DNA of 32,000 nt from positions 3,150,001 to 3,182,000 of the forward strand of contig NC_007614.1 of the NCBI RefSeq assembly GCF_000196355.1, in the 5' to 3' direction. Shown here in pieces: positions 1 to 10,007 of this stretch. The notes below the pieces were generated by a model. That model worked only from the letters and a program-made list of their open reading frames with translations, was not told where the DNA came from and did no database searches. A program made the translations under genes and the position numbers. This stretch comes from Nitrosospira multiformis ATCC 25196. Lineage in GTDB: Bacteria > Pseudomonadota > Gammaproteobacteria > Burkholderiales > Nitrosomonadaceae. Position 1 is the stretch's first letter. Each line of letters starts with the position of its first letter.

Positions 1-311
1 GTCCTCACTAGCAACGTACGGAACTCTTTCACCAATTCCTCCTGTTGCTGTGGGGTTGCCTTATTCCAGTTCTTGCCCATGGCGAGTCGGGTCATGCGGG
101 TGAAGTTGAAATGCGGTAGAACCTTGGCTTCGACCAGATCAAGAATCTTGGCCATATTGCCCGCACGCAGCTCCTTGTCCTGCCGAACGATCGACAATAC
201 TTCCTGAGCGGTGTTATCCACCAGCGTATCAGGACTGATTTCTGCGGCGGCAGCAGGGAATGCGACCAGCCAGGTTGCCAGCAGACCTGAGATACCAAGA
301 TATTTTTTCAT
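1..311 (-). CDS. mlaC: MlaC/Ttg2D-family periplasmic phospholipid-binding protein (N-terminal part; C-terminus runs off the window)
   Basis: My own minus-strand translation from the ATG at 309-311 gives MKKYLGISGLLATWLVAFPAAAAEISPDTLVDNTAQEVLSIVRQDKELRAGNMAKILDLVEAKVLPHFNFTRMTRLAMGKNWNKATPQQQEELVKEFRTLLVR. That is a signal peptide plus an MlaC-like core, downstream of mlaFED. It is absent from the ORF track because no stop lies in the window. Confidence 0.75.
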   Translation of the reverse strand, partial: MKKYLGISGLLATWLVAFPAAAAEISPDTLVDNTAQEVLSIVRQDKELRAGNMAKILDLVEAKVLPHFNFTRMTRLAMGKNWNKATPQQQEELVKEFRTLLVR

Positions 312-469
312 GATTTCCTCGCTTGATTAGACTGCTCAATACACGAAATGCTTATGCGGTTGCGCTTCCCGTGCCCGCATCAACTGCTCCTGCTTCCTGC
401 CCGCAGGCCCTTATCCGTGAAATACGGGACACGGAGCCACCGCAGGCGTTGGACTTGTTACTGCCCTTT

Positions 470-955
470 CTAGTTCTTGTCGGAATTTTCACTGCTGCCT
501 CCTTCTGAGGCCTTATTGAACAAAAATTTCCCGATCATTTCTTCCAGAACAAGGGCAGAATTGGTTTTCATGATGGTGTCGCCATCCTTGAGCGTCGCTT
601 CATCCCCCCCGGCAGCCAGGCCGATATATTGCTCCCCGATCAAACCGGAGGTAAGGATGCTGGCAAAAGTATCCTTGGGAAATTTATAACGGCTGTCAAT
701 ATTCATGATCACCAGAGCGTCATATGTCTCCGTGCTGAACCGGATGTCCGTCACCCGGCCGACGACGACACCGGCACTCTTTACCGGCGCCCGCACTTTC
801 AACCCTCCGATGTTTTCGAAGTTGCCTGTCACCTGATAGCTGTCACTCGCGCTATAAGTACCAAGATTGCCGACTTTCAACGCCAGCACGAGCAATGCGC
901 CGATACCTGCCATGACGAACAGTCCTACCCACAAATCCATTGTTGCGCGCTGCAT
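470..955 (-). CDS. mlaD: MlaD, MCE-domain outer-membrane lipid asymmetry protein
   Basis: 161-aa ORF with an N-terminal TM helix (DLWVGLFVMAGIGALLVLALKVG) followed by an MCE domain. Its ATG overlaps the mlaE stop (ATGA at 954-957), which fits translational coupling. Confidence 0.85.
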   Translation of the reverse strand: MQRATMDLWVGLFVMAGIGALLVLALKVGNLGTYSASDSYQVTGNFENIGGLKVRAPVKSAGVVVGRVTDIRFSTETYDALVIMNIDSRYKFPKDTFASILTSGLIGEQYIGLAAGGDEATLKDGDTIMKTNSALVLEEMIGKFLFNKASEGGSSENSDKN

Positions 956-1752
956 CAGCCCATTCCCCTGAACATGAACGAGGTCAAGATAAAATCGAGT
1001 CCAAGAATTGCGAGTGAAGAAGTCACCACGGTGCGGGTTGTGGCACCGGATACGCCCTCGGCCGTGGGCGCCGCATCATACCCCTCGAACACGGCGATTG
1101 CCGTCACCGCGATGCCGAAAACACAGGTTTTTATGATGCCGTTGACCACATCGTAGCGGAAATCGACGGCGCTTTGCATTTGCGACCAGAACGAACCTTC
1201 ATCCACTCCGATAAGTACGACAGCCACCAGATAGCCGCCATAGATGCCTATGGCGGAAAACAATGCTGCCAGCAACGGCATTGAAATCACGCCCGCCCAG
1301 AACCGGGGCGCGACTACGCGCGCAATCGGATCTACAGCCATCATTTCCATTGCCGCCAGTTGCTCGGTCGCTTTCATCAGCCCGATTTCCGCTGTGATTG
1401 CCGAACCGGCGCGGCTGGCGAACAACAGCGCGGACACTACAGGCCCCAATTCGCGTAGCAATGACAACGCCACCATGGTGCCTACCGCAGATTCTGCTCC
1501 ATAGCGCTGCAAGGTTTCGAAGCCTTGCAAGCCGAGTACCATGCCGACAAAAAGCCCTGACACGAGGATGATGATGAGCGACTGTACTCCGGTAAAATAA
1601 AGCTCCCGTATCACCAGGGTAAAGCGGCGCAGACTGGTCCCGGACTTGATCAAGGTCAGCAGGAAGAAACGGCTGGCGTAGCCCAAGCGCCAGATACTGT
1701 CTATGACGCGATGACCGACGCTCTGGATACCAGTTACGATACGCCTAGGCAA
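955..1752 (-). CDS. mlaE: MlaE, ABC transporter permease
   Basis: 265-aa polytopic membrane ORF of the MlaE/Ttg2B type, between mlaF and mlaD. The start is a TTG at 1750-1752 overlapping the end of mlaF. There is no nearby in-frame ATG, so the start is uncertain. Confidence 0.85.
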   Translation of the reverse strand: MPRRIVTGIQSVGHRVIDSIWRLGYASRFFLLTLIKSGTSLRRFTLVIRELYFTGVQSLIIILVSGLFVGMVLGLQGFETLQRYGAESAVGTMVALSLLRELGPVVSALLFASRAGSAITAEIGLMKATEQLAAMEMMAVDPIARVVAPRFWAGVISMPLLAALFSAIGIYGGYLVAVVLIGVDEGSFWSQMQSAVDFRYDVVNGIIKTCVFGIAVTAIAVFEGYDAAPTAEGVSGATTRTVVTSSLAILGLDFILTSFMFRGMG

Positions 1753-2557
1753 AACTGCCCTCCAGTTTCAGATCCTGCGCATAGGGCCTGGCGGGATAGT
1801 GAAACGAGACGGGACCGTCTTCTTCCCCATGAACGAACTGATGTACAAACGGTGCAACCGATCGGCGCACCTCGTCCGGCGTGCCATGGGCCGCAATCAC
1901 TCCGTCCGCGATGAAATAAACGTAGTCGACAATTTTCAAGGATTCCTGGACGTCGTGCGTTACGACGATGGAGGTCATGCCCAAGGCATCGGTCAGGCGT
2001 CGTATCAGGTTCCCGATCACTGTGAGTGAAATGGGATCGAGTCCGGTGAAAGGCTCGTCGTACATGATAAGCAGAGGATCAAGCGCAATCGAGCGCGCCA
2101 GCGCGACGCGGCGCGCCATGCCGCCGGAAAGCTGGTTAGGCATCAGCTCGTGTGCGCCGCGCAAACCCACAGCCTGGAGTTTCATTAACACAAGGTCCCG
2201 TATCATGGACTCCGGCAGGTTCGTATGTTCCCGCATCTGGAAAGCCACGTTGTCGAATACCGAGAGATCGGTAAACAATGCGCCGAACTGAAATAGCATG
2301 CTCATTTTTCGGCGCATGCGAAAAAGCTCGTCCCGCTTCAGTTTATGCACTACCTGGCCTGCAACTTTCACATAGCCGGAAGTCGGGCGCACGGCCCCGC
2401 CGATGAGGCGCAACAAGGTTGTTTTCCCGCTGCCGCTGCCACCCATGATGGCAATGACTTTCCCTCTTCCCATCGTCATATCGATTCCCTTGAGAATCGG
2501 ACGCTGTCCATAAGAGAAATTCAGGCCTTGGATTTCGATCAGGCTTTCAGACGCCAT
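1745..2557 (-). CDS. mlaF: MlaF, ABC transporter ATP-binding protein
   Basis: 270-aa ORF with Walker A (GGSGSGKTT), ABC signature (LSGGMARRVALAR) and Walker B (LIMYDEP). It is the first gene of the mlaFEDC block. Confidence 0.9.
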   Translation of the reverse strand: MASESLIEIQGLNFSYGQRPILKGIDMTMGRGKVIAIMGGSGSGKTTLLRLIGGAVRPTSGYVKVAGQVVHKLKRDELFRMRRKMSMLFQFGALFTDLSVFDNVAFQMREHTNLPESMIRDLVLMKLQAVGLRGAHELMPNQLSGGMARRVALARSIALDPLLIMYDEPFTGLDPISLTVIGNLIRRLTDALGMTSIVVTHDVQESLKIVDYVYFIADGVIAAHGTPDEVRRSVAPFVHQFVHGEEDGPVSFHYPARPYAQDLKLEGSFA

Positions 2558-2663
2558 CTTCCAAAAGAGGAATACCTAATTTAACGGGACATCGATTTTA
2601 CCCCAAATCGGGTAGCCAGAGGGCGGGCAGGCACCTGAGACAGGTAGTGAGGAATTGACGAAG

Positions 2664-3545
2664 TCAGGCAACTCGCCCTGTCGGGCAAGGTGAATGGACG
2701 CGGCGATAATGACCGAAAACAGATGATTGCTTGTCAGCGGGCGCAGTAAAACCAATAGACGGGCTCGCGCTCATTCCGGACGATGCCGTATTTTCCGAAG
2801 CGGCGGATGACGGCAGAGAAACAGTGCATTGCAAAACTTTGCAATATTGCTCCAGAAAGGGTCTGGTACTTGGCATGCTAGCCGCCAGGTCACTGCGAAA
2901 TGCATAGAGGATCTGCGCCACGAGCACGATGAGCATAAAAAGATTGGCAACCGCCCACGCAGCCGTGATCTCCGGCAGTTGCCCTCTCCTGGAAATGTAG
3001 TGCTCCGGCAAATAATTATCCAGCATGTCGTCTTCCAGGCCGGCATACATCGCGTTACCCGTTTGCGGAATTTGTTCTCTCGCAACCCGCCTGTCCCGCG
3101 CTTTGTCTGCTTTTTTTGCGGCCCTGGCGTCAGGTTTCCCCCTTGCAGGCGTTTCAGGAGCGCGAGCCTCTGCTGCCTCTGGCTTGACAGGTGCTGTCCC
3201 GGCCGGCTCTGATGTCAATGACTCCGGCGGATTTTGCGCTGATGGCGATTCAGAGATGTGAGGTTCCGGCGTCCCTGGCTCCCGCACACCGCCGCCCTGT
3301 AGCGCTTCAGGGTGGGAAATCCCCGCATCAGGAGAAAGTTGCGAAGTATTTTCCGACGCTCTTGCCGCTTCCCCGGTCTTCCCCGGTTTTATGATTTCCG
3401 GGTCCTCCATGGTCAGCAGCGAAGCGAAGCCATTAAATATATGATTGCACTGCCCGCAACGCACCTCGCCCCCATGCGCCTGCAAGTGCAGAGGCGTGAT
3501 GCGAAAGACCGTTAAGCAGTTAGGACATCGAGTTACAAGTGGCAT
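2664..3545 (-). CDS. MJ0042-type zinc-ribbon protein with Pro/Ala/Glu-rich linker and one TM helix (DUF3426-like architecture)
   Basis: The N-terminus MPLVTRCPNCLTVFRITPLHLQAHGGEVRCGQCNHIFNG carries CxxC...CxxC. A low-complexity linker and a TM helix (AAWAVANLFMLIVLVAQILYAF) follow. Its position after prmA is typical of betaproteobacteria. The C-terminal domain looks short to me. Confidence 0.6.
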   Translation of the reverse strand: MPLVTRCPNCLTVFRITPLHLQAHGGEVRCGQCNHIFNGFASLLTMEDPEIIKPGKTGEAARASENTSQLSPDAGISHPEALQGGGVREPGTPEPHISESPSAQNPPESLTSEPAGTAPVKPEAAEARAPETPARGKPDARAAKKADKARDRRVAREQIPQTGNAMYAGLEDDMLDNYLPEHYISRRGQLPEITAAWAVANLFMLIVLVAQILYAFRSDLAASMPSTRPFLEQYCKVLQCTVSLPSSAASENTASSGMSASPSIGFTAPADKQSSVFGHYRRVHSPCPTGRVA

Positions 3546-3573
3546 TCCGGTTCTGGTTTTTGTTTAATCGAAT

Positions 3574-4488
3574 TCACTTCCTCGCGCCTGTCAACAGGAC
3601 CCATCCCTCACGATTTAGCGCAATATGCATATCAAACGATTGCTGATAGGCCGCCATCACTTCTTCTGCCTGTTCCGCGAGTATACCGGATAGGGCAATG
3701 CGTCCTCCCGGCCGGGCAGCATGCGTCAGTATGGGAGCCAGCATGATCAGCGGATTGGCGAGGATATTGGCAACAACGATGTTCGCCCAGCCCCCGCGTT
3801 CTGTATCCGTCCGCTCCGCCATCTGTGTATGAAACTCTATTTCGGTTTCCGAGCACTGGTTAAGCCTTGCATTCTGGCAGCTTGCCTCCACCGCTTGCGG
3901 ATCTATGTCGATGCCGACAACATGATGAGCGCCCATCTTGAGCGCGGCAATGGCCAATATGCCTGAACCACAACCGTAATCAAGAACATCTTCGCCTCCT
4001 CCGAGATTTTCGTCAAGCCATTCCAGGCACAACTGCGTAGAAGGATGAGTTCCGGTTCCAAAGGCGAGTCCCGGATCGAGGATCAGGTTGATGGCATTCG
4101 GATCAGGTATTTCATGCCAGCTTGGCACGACCCACAAGCGGGAGGATATGCGGATCGGATTGAACTGCGACTGGGTTACCCGTACCCAATCCTGTTCTTC
4201 CACATATTCGATACGATAGCTCGGGGGAGCAGGCAACGCCGCCGCTTCGGCCGCAGCGCGCATTACTGCGGGAATATCGGTATCCCCCTTGAATAGCGCA
4301 GTCAGCTCCGGAGCAAGCCAGACTCCTGCGGCGGGCTCTCCTGGTTCGCCAAACAAGGGTTGCTCATGCTCGGTTCCCGCTGCGGAATCATGGATGTCGG
4401 TTGACAGCGCGCCCAAAGCCAGCATCGCATCGCTTAAGATCTCGACATGCATGCTGTCCGTTTTTATGATGACTGAAATCCAGGGCAT
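3574..4488 (-). CDS. prmA: Ribosomal protein L11 methyltransferase
   Basis: PrmA-like sequence with the SAM-binding motif VLDYGCGSGILAIAA. I prefer the ATG at 4486-4488 (MPWISVIIKTD...) over the track start at 4539, because PrmA proteins begin about there. Confidence 0.85.
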   Translation of the reverse strand: MPWISVIIKTDSMHVEILSDAMLALGALSTDIHDSAAGTEHEQPLFGEPGEPAAGVWLAPELTALFKGDTDIPAVMRAAAEAAALPAPPSYRIEYVEEQDWVRVTQSQFNPIRISSRLWVVPSWHEIPDPNAINLILDPGLAFGTGTHPSTQLCLEWLDENLGGGEDVLDYGCGSGILAIAALKMGAHHVVGIDIDPQAVEASCQNARLNQCSETEIEFHTQMAERTDTERGGWANIVVANILANPLIMLAPILTHAARPGGRIALSGILAEQAEEVMAAYQQSFDMHIALNREGWVLLTGARK

Positions 4489-4616
4489 GAGGGTACGTCC
4501 CTTGCATTTGGCTGCGTAAGCAGACGGCGGGCAGAACATTCCAGGCCCGTTTCCCGAGAGGCTCCTACCTCACCCCCGTCCGTTACCCGAGTTCCAGTAA
4601 CGAGGCCGATAGAGCC

Positions 4617-5975
4617 TCAGCCGGAATTGTTATTATAATTGGCAAGCTTTTGCTCCAGATAATGAATGCTCGTGCAGCCATTCAGAAAAGCGGCGTCGGA
4701 CAACAGGTCAAGGTGGAGCGGCGTATTGGTTTTGATGCCGCCGATCACCATTTCCGACAGCGCAATGCGCATTCGTGCTATCGCCTGCTCGCGGTTGTCT
4801 CCATACGCGATTATTTTGCCTATCATGGAATCGTAATAGGGCGGCACGAAGTAGTTATGATATATATGGGAATCCACACGAATGCCAGGGCCACCGGGAG
4901 CATGATACTGGGTGATACGCCCTGCCGACGGGGTGAACTTGTACGGGTCTTCGGCCGCGATACGGCATTCGATGGCATGACCCTTCAACACGATGTCGCG
5001 CTGCCGCAGAGTGAGCTTTTCGCCGGCTGCCACGCGGATCTGCGCTTGCACCAGATCGATCCCGGTGATGGCCTCGGTAATGGTATGCTCGACCTGCAGG
5101 CGCGTATTCATCTCAATGAAATAGAACTCGTTTTTTTCGAACAGAAACTCGAATGTACCCACACCGCGATAGCCGATGCGCTTGCATGCGTCGACGCAAC
5201 GGGTTCCCATTCTGTCGCGCAATCTGGGGGGAATGCCCAGGGCAGGTGCTTCCTCGATAATTTTCTGATGGCGGCGCTGCGTGGAGCAATCCCGTTCCCC
5301 CAGATAGATGGCGTTGCGATGCTCATCCGCCAATACCTGAAACTCGATGTGGCGCGGGTTCTCCAGATATTTTTCGGCGTAGACCGTCGGGTTGCCGAAG
5401 GCGGCCTGAGCTTCGTTGCGCGTAATGATCACCGCGTTCGATAACGCTGCTTCAGTGTGCACCACGCGCATGCCACGGCCGCCCCCACCTGCCGCGGCCT
5501 TGATAATGATAGGGTAGCCGATGGCACGAGCGATGGCTTTGATTTCGTCCACCGATTCGGGGAGACCGCCGTCCGAGCCCGGGACACAAGGCACGCCCGC
5601 CTTTTTCATGGCGTTCTTGGCACTGACCTTGTCGCCCATCAGCCGAATCGTCTCGGGCCGCGGGCCGATAAAGACGAAGCCGCTTTTTTCCACACGTTCG
5701 GCAAAATCGGCATTTTCCGACAGAAACCCGTAACCCGGATGAATGGCTTCCGCATCGGTGACCTCTGCGGCGCTGATGATGGCGGGAATATTGAGGTAGC
5801 TTTGTGCCGAAGGAGCAGGTCCGATGCATACGGACTCATCAGCGAGTTTTACATATTTTGCCTCGGCATCGGCCTGGGAGTGCACCGCTACAGTCTTGAT
5901 ACCCATCTCACGGCATGCACGCTGTATCCGCAAGGCAATCTCGCCACGGTTTGCTATCAGTATTTTTTCAAACAT
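4617..5975 (-). CDS. accC: Acetyl-CoA carboxylase, biotin carboxylase subunit
   Basis: 452-aa [36 protein letters not shown]... This is a canonical ATP-grasp biotin carboxylase, downstream of accB. Confidence 0.95.
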   Translation of the reverse strand: MFEKILIANRGEIALRIQRACREMGIKTVAVHSQADAEAKYVKLADESVCIGPAPSAQSYLNIPAIISAAEVTDAEAIHPGYGFLSENADFAERVEKSGFVFIGPRPETIRLMGDKVSAKNAMKKAGVPCVPGSDGGLPESVDEIKAIARAIGYPIIIKAAAGGGGRGMRVVHTEAALSNAVIITRNEAQAAFGNPTVYAEKYLENPRHIEFQVLADEHRNAIYLGERDCSTQRRHQKIIEEAPALGIPPRLRDRMGTRCVDACKRIGYRGVGTFEFLFEKNEFYFIEMNTRLQVEHTITEAITGIDLVQAQIRVAAGEKLTLRQRDIVLKGHAIECRIAAEDPYKFTPSAGRITQYHAPGGPGIRVDSHIYHNYFVPPYYDSMIGKIIAYGDNREQAIARMRIALSEMVIGGIKTNTPLHLDLLSDAAFLNGCTSIHYLEQKLANYNNNSG

Positions 5976-6074
5976 GTCTGCCGCTCGTATCTGGTTTCAT
6001 GATGGAGGTGATTTCTCCTCTTCTATTGATGCGGGTGTCCCTCGGGGTAGCGTGTAGCGCGGCTAAAAGCCGAA

Positions 6075-6539
6075 TCATTCAATCACGAACAGCGGTTCGC
6101 CATACTCGACAGGCTGGCCGTTCTCCACCATCACTGCCTTGATCACACCGCTCTTGTCCGACTCTATTTCATTGAGCAGCTTCATGGCTTCTATGATGCA
6201 GAGCGTGTCCCCCTCCTTGACTGTCTGACCCACCTCGACGAACGGATTGCTGCCGGGGGCGGAACTACGATAGAACGTGCCCACCATGGGCGATTTGACC
6301 ATATGACCTTGGGGCAGTATTTCGGCGGCGGCTGTTGCCGGGGTGGTGACTGGCGCAGCTTGCGGAATGATGGCGGGTACCGGGGCGGGTTGCGGAGAAG
6401 GCATTGCGATTGCGGGCATCTGCATCGACGGCGTGGATCTGCTGATGCGAACCTTTTCTTCACCCTCCGTTATCTCCAGCTCGGCAATGCCGGATTCCTC
6501 CACCAGGTCAATCAGTTTTTTAAGCTTTCTCAGGTCCAT
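6075..6539 (-). CDS. accB: Acetyl-CoA carboxylase, biotin carboxyl carrier protein
   Basis: 154-aa ORF with a Pro/Ala linker and the biotinylation motif [13 protein letters not shown]. Confidence 0.95.
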   Translation of the reverse strand: MDLRKLKKLIDLVEESGIAELEITEGEEKVRISRSTPSMQMPAIAMPSPQPAPVPAIIPQAAPVTTPATAAAEILPQGHMVKSPMVGTFYRSSAPGSNPFVEVGQTVKEGDTLCIIEAMKLLNEIESDKSGVIKAVMVENGQPVEYGEPLFVIE

Positions 6540-6637
6540 ATAGGGTCTCCCGATCGGTTCCTTTTGCGTTATGTTCTGTCAAAACCTCTAACCATCTGTC
6601 AGCGCCCGAAGACGCGGACTTTGTGTTTTTGCTTTTT

Positions 6638-6668
6638 GAAAAATACCCCTGTTTCAAAACACAAGGGG
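6638..6668 (-). terminator. Rho-independent terminator candidate after aroQ
   Basis: The minus-strand RNA reads CCCCUUGU-GUUUUGAA-ACAGGGG-UAUUUUUC. That is a 7-bp stem with one bulge followed by a U-run, about 90 nt after the aroQ stop and before accB. Confidence 0.5.
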
Positions 6669-6758
6669 TGAGATGAGCCACCACTGCATTGGCTTATCAA
6701 AAGGAATTCTCAGCTCCTCAATGGTACCCGATCACTTCGTTGCCATCCTTGACGCCCA

Positions 6759-7214
6759 TCACTTGCGGCCCAGCACATAATTGAAGGCGAGCTCGTATCC
6801 CTTTGCTCCCAGACCGCTTATGACCCCCACCGCCATATCGGAAAAAAAAGATTTCTGGCGGAAAGATTCGCGAGCAAAAATATTGGAAAGGTGAATTTCA
6901 ATGAAAGGTATCCGGGTAGCCGCAAGTGCATCACGCAAGGCAATACTGGTATGGGTATAAGCGGCAGGATTGATGATAATGAAGTCTGTTTTTTCAGCAC
7001 CCGCCTGCTGGATTCGGTCTATCAGCTCTCCCTCGGTGTTACTTTGGAAGCAATCAAGACCAATGCCCTCTTTTTCGGCTAATTTCGCCAAATTTCTGTT
7101 AATTTCTTCTAATGTGACAGTTCCGTAAATCGAAGGCTCCCTGATTCCCAGCAAATTCAGGTTCGGCCCATGGATAACCAGGATATTTTGGCAGCGGTTT
7201 GAGCCATCTTTCAT
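6759..7214 (-). CDS. aroQ: Type II 3-dehydroquinate dehydratase
   Basis: 151-aa ORF with [21 protein letters not shown] and [18 protein letters not shown], both typical AroQ motifs. Confidence 0.9.
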   Translation of the reverse strand: MKDGSNRCQNILVIHGPNLNLLGIREPSIYGTVTLEEINRNLAKLAEKEGIGLDCFQSNTEGELIDRIQQAGAEKTDFIIINPAAYTHTSIALRDALAATRIPFIEIHLSNIFARESFRQKSFFSDMAVGVISGLGAKGYELAFNYVLGRK

Positions 7215-7247
7215 GGCGGCAAGTGTGACCCAATTGCAGGAAATTGT

Positions 7248-7538
7248 CTAGTGATTCTCGGCCATTCGGCGAATATGTTGGAATTTACGTTTTTTTATTT
7301 CAACGAGGAATTCAAATGCTTCAGATGAGCTCTTTTTGGAGAAAGATGGAGCCCCATCCGGATTGATCGAAGCGGAATCTTGCTGGAGCAGAAGGTTGAG
7401 TTGAAGATTTATGGGGGGTTGGTTAAGTGAGCTCGCGCCTATGCACGGGACGGCGACTTCTCCGACTTCTCTGTTTTCTTTTATTTCTTTCATCCGCAGC
7501 GGTGTCCCAAGTGAGAACGTTTGCTCGTCGTTTTCCAA
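7248..7538 (-). CDS. Hypothetical small protein (orphan, doubtful)
   Basis: 96-aa ORF in an AT-richer stretch between aroQ and the tRNA. I recognise no motif. It is kept only because it fills the gap on the same strand as aroQ. Confidence 0.25.
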   Translation of the reverse strand: MENDEQTFSLGTPLRMKEIKENREVGEVAVPCIGASSLNQPPINLQLNLLLQQDSASINPDGAPSFSKKSSSEAFEFLVEIKKRKFQHIRRMAENH

Positions 7539-7578
7539 AAGACTATAATTGGCATGGTTTATTCTGATCCCTTCCCAG

Positions 7579-7654
<76 letters not shown>

Positions 7655-7765
7655 GTTGCAAGTGATTAATAAGTAAAATCAATCTCTTATCCAAAAAATA
7701 GCTTTATTGTGGGGATACTTTTGTGGTACCCTCTAATGAAGCTATTGCTCGGCCGCATCTTTAGC

Positions 7766-8081
7766 GTGTCAATCAAGTACATCTATCATCGTGGTAATAC
7801 CTATTATTACCCACCCCAAGGACTTACTGCATCGCTACCACGGTGCAACCCATGTCAAGGTTAACCTAAAAACTAGCGACCCAGGATTGATTGCTAAAAG
7901 GGTTGGTGAACTCAATAGAAAGTACGAATCAACATGGGCAGCACTTTTCCTCCTCTGTACCCAAGTGGAGGAATTCCTTACAAGTCACACTGTATACTTT
8001 CTTGTTCAGCTCTTCCTATCCCACTCGCACTCGACTATACGACACACGGCAAATCTCCACTCTGCCGCTATAAGAATCTAG
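7766..8081 (+). pseudogene. Tyrosine integrase, N-terminal fragment (frameshifted, truncated)
   Basis: Two frames together read ...YIYHRGNTYYY / HPKDLLHRYHGATHVKVNLKTSDPGLIAKRVGELNRKYESTW. This resembles the YYFRRRVPKDL...SLKTSD N-terminal arm-binding region of tRNA-island integrases. There is a frameshift in the CCCACCCC run near 7810. No catalytic domain follows. Confidence 0.5.
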
Positions 8082-8419
8082 TATTGTCCGATTAAGGTAT
8101 AACGGATTTCTCCAAGCGGAAGAGCTTGATGAAGAGTCAGAGGAAGACAGCCTCAACCCCTGACTTCTAGCTTTCGATAACTTTTTACGGCCTGCTGGTA
8201 TGCAGTGATACAAGCACTTTTGTGCATAGCGGGATGTAATTACACCCATGCCCTTTCTATGTAAATAAACTCTTCTTCGCTCACTCTTAGAGGCTATATC
8301 AATGCCGTATTGGCGGAAGTATGTGGAAAAGGTTGGGGCGCTCTTTATTGTGTCTCCGTTATGGCCATCAATTTAGAAAATTGTAACTGTAACCGTGCCA
8401 ATAATATTTTTATCAGTAC

Positions 8420-9008
8420 ATGGATGCAAAGTTTCAGGAGCATTTATTTCTTGCTCGCCAAGAAAGCCCTGGGGGGTGGCTATTTAGAGCGCGGAGCTTG
8501 CAAGCTGCGGCCGCTCGTCTTGATTGGTTAGACGCCCCGGTATTGGTTAGACGCCCCGGTTCGTGACGAAGAGCCAACCCTATCTTTTCTGGCTGAATAC
8601 CAGATGCTACTTGGTATGGCCTTTGAGTGCCTTCTCAAGGGCTTTATTTCACTTGTGAGACTTGAAAACGGCGAATCTCCTCCATTGCCCAAGGACTGTT
8701 ATACCCATAGACTCGAAGCACTTGCGCGACGGCCGGAATGTGTCAGTCTGGCAATTACTATGGAAGAGATGGAAGCCTTGAGCCGTTTATCACCATATAT
8801 CGAATGGTCAGGCAGGTATCCTGTACCCAAGCGTGCAAAAGAGCTGCATTTTGTAGGGGTAAGCAACTTTGATCGAGATGCAGAGCTTCGGCTTTGGCAT
8901 CGGCTTGTCTCTCTGCTTGGAGATAGAGCTTGGGTCATGAAGGGCGGGCCAGTGAGTAAGGGCGGTTATAAGCTGTATTTGGATGGCCGTAAGGAAAAGC
9001 TGGACTGA
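8420..9008 (+). pseudogene. HEPN-like helical protein, reading frame broken by a 19-bp tandem duplication
   Basis: The ATG at 8420 opens MDAKFQEHLFLARQESPGGWLFRARSLQAAAARLDWLDAPV..., which stops at 8564-8566 after the duplication. Removing one 19-bp copy joins it in frame to the 8604-9008 ORF (...RDEEPTLSFLAEYQMLLGMAFECLLKGFISL...THRLEALARR...WSGRYPVP...). The HEPN-like call rests only on helical pattern and motif feel. Confidence 0.55.
8523..8560 (+). repeat. Perfect 19-bp tandem duplication (ATTGGTTAGACGCCCCGGT x2)
   Basis: 8523-8541 and 8542-8560 are identical base for base. Confidence 0.95.
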
Positions 9009-9228
9009 TATCACTTAGCGTGACTGTGAGCTTTTGAAATTCTTCCACCTCCATGTTCTGGTTCAAGGACAAAACGCTTCCGTACAGGCCGCAAAGCACG
9101 AGAACGAGCACGAGCACGAGCATCACGTCCTTGATATCGGGGTGACCCTTCAAATAGCTGGTTATGCCGATTTTAGCCTGTTTTGAATAGGTGAACAGTT
9201 GGTCGTCAAGTCTCCAACGCTTATCCAA
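8935..9228 (-). CDS. Hypothetical small membrane protein (doubtful)
   Basis: 97-aa ORF with one hydrophobic stretch (VMLVLVLVLVLCGLYGSVL) encoded by the hexamer repeat at 9097-9120. It overlaps the 3' end of the HEPN-like ORF convergently. No recognisable homology. Confidence 0.2.
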   Translation of the reverse strand: MDKRWRLDDQLFTYSKQAKIGITSYLKGHPDIKDVMLVLVLVLVLCGLYGSVLSLNQNMEVEEFQKLTVTLSDISPAFPYGHPNTAYNRPYSLARPS

Positions 9229-9453
9229 CCTGTGTGGCCTCTGCCCCTCTTACTAGGATGTCCTTGCGAGTTACGATTTATTTTCTGAACCCCGATCCGT
9301 GGGGGTTCAATTCTTGATGGGAATGATCAACTCCTGCTGCGGTAGAAATGTGTCCTAAAGGTAGTTTGTGGTACTCTTGTAGTACTTTCTTTAATCCTCC
9401 GCCTCAAGACCCGTGTTGGCGCCGCTTTTCAGGGTAAGTTAGAGTGCCTTGCG

Positions 9454-9472
9454 CCTCTCAACAGCACTAGTT
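9454..9472 (+). repeat. att-like repeat copy 2 (duplicate of tRNA-Thr 3' end)
   Basis: CCTCTCAACAGCACTAGTT matches 7639-7657 with one mismatch. The following AT-rich sequence (ATAAATAATTAAGTAATACAA) loosely resembles the sequence after the tRNA (GATTAATAAGTAAAATCAA). Confidence 0.7.
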
Positions 9473-9592
9473 ATAAATAATTAAGTAATACAAGGATGCC
9501 GCATAGCAGAAGCTGAGGGCTGAAATTCTGATATTGAAGTATTTACACCTGAATTCTTCTATCCCCCGTTTCCGTTCGCCTCCATCCTTCGC

Positions 9593-9957
9593 CCCCTTAA
9601 GACTAAATCCAGCAAGAGAAATATCCCCTGGTAGGGCTTTCCCTATGGGCAGCACAAAGAATTATCCAGGCAGCACAGCCGGGTCAACTTTTTGCTTTCC
9701 CTCAGTACACCAATAAGACCGAATGCAAGGCGGCTCATTGCTTCCAACACGCTCGATAAGTGGATTGATTCTCGCTTAGGTGTCAATAAGACAACTCATA
9801 AGTTTTGCCACACAATGCGGGCTGCTTGTGTAATGTGGAGGCAGCACTTAAGGATATTCAGGATGCAGTAGGGGAGTGGAATAAGGAAGACATTAGGGAC
9901 AAGTACGGGCTAGGGCACGGGTTGAAGCAGTTGAAGATGTGGCTAGATAAGATGTAG
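9593..9957 (+). pseudogene. Tyrosine integrase, C-terminal catalytic fragment (in-frame stop and frameshift)
   Basis: The sequence reads PLKTKSSKRNIPW*GFPYG...ASNTLDKWIDSRLGVNKTTHKFCHTMRAA, then shifts frame to VEAALKDIQDAVGEWNKEDIRDKYGLGHGLKQLKMWLDKM*. This fits the KT..S.R.IPL ... HxFRHT ... GH/W ... Y catalytic region of phage-type integrases. There is a TAG at 9632-9634 and a frameshift near 9830-9845. Confidence 0.6.
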
Positions 9958-10007
9958 CTTTGCCGAGGCTTAAACAAAGAAGGGAATCAGTGTAACAAGA
10001 ACAAAGT

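Noticed and set aside
323-508. 61-aa plus-strand ORF in the mlaD-mlaC spacer
   Set aside because: It is a TTG-initiated ORF with no RBS that overlaps the end of mlaD. The 158-bp spacer is better read as intergenic.
2664-2830. Possible truncation or frameshift of the C-terminal DUF3426-like domain of the zinc-ribbon protein
   Set aside because: The region after the TM helix seems shorter than I remember for this family. Translations of the alternative frames did not reveal a convincing continuation, and I cannot align to the family without a database.
9097-9120. Hexamer repeat (C/A)ACGAG x4 as a phase-variation microsatellite
   Set aside because: It has only four units, one of them imperfect, and the length is in-frame. 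It lies in a doubtful ORF, so it is more likely chance or low-complexity sequence.
9287-9308. Hairpin GAACCCC-gatccgtg-GGGGTTC, considered as a tRNA T-arm remnant or terminator
   Set aside because: There is no adjoining tRNA-like sequence and no U-run on either strand. It stands isolated in decayed island DNA.
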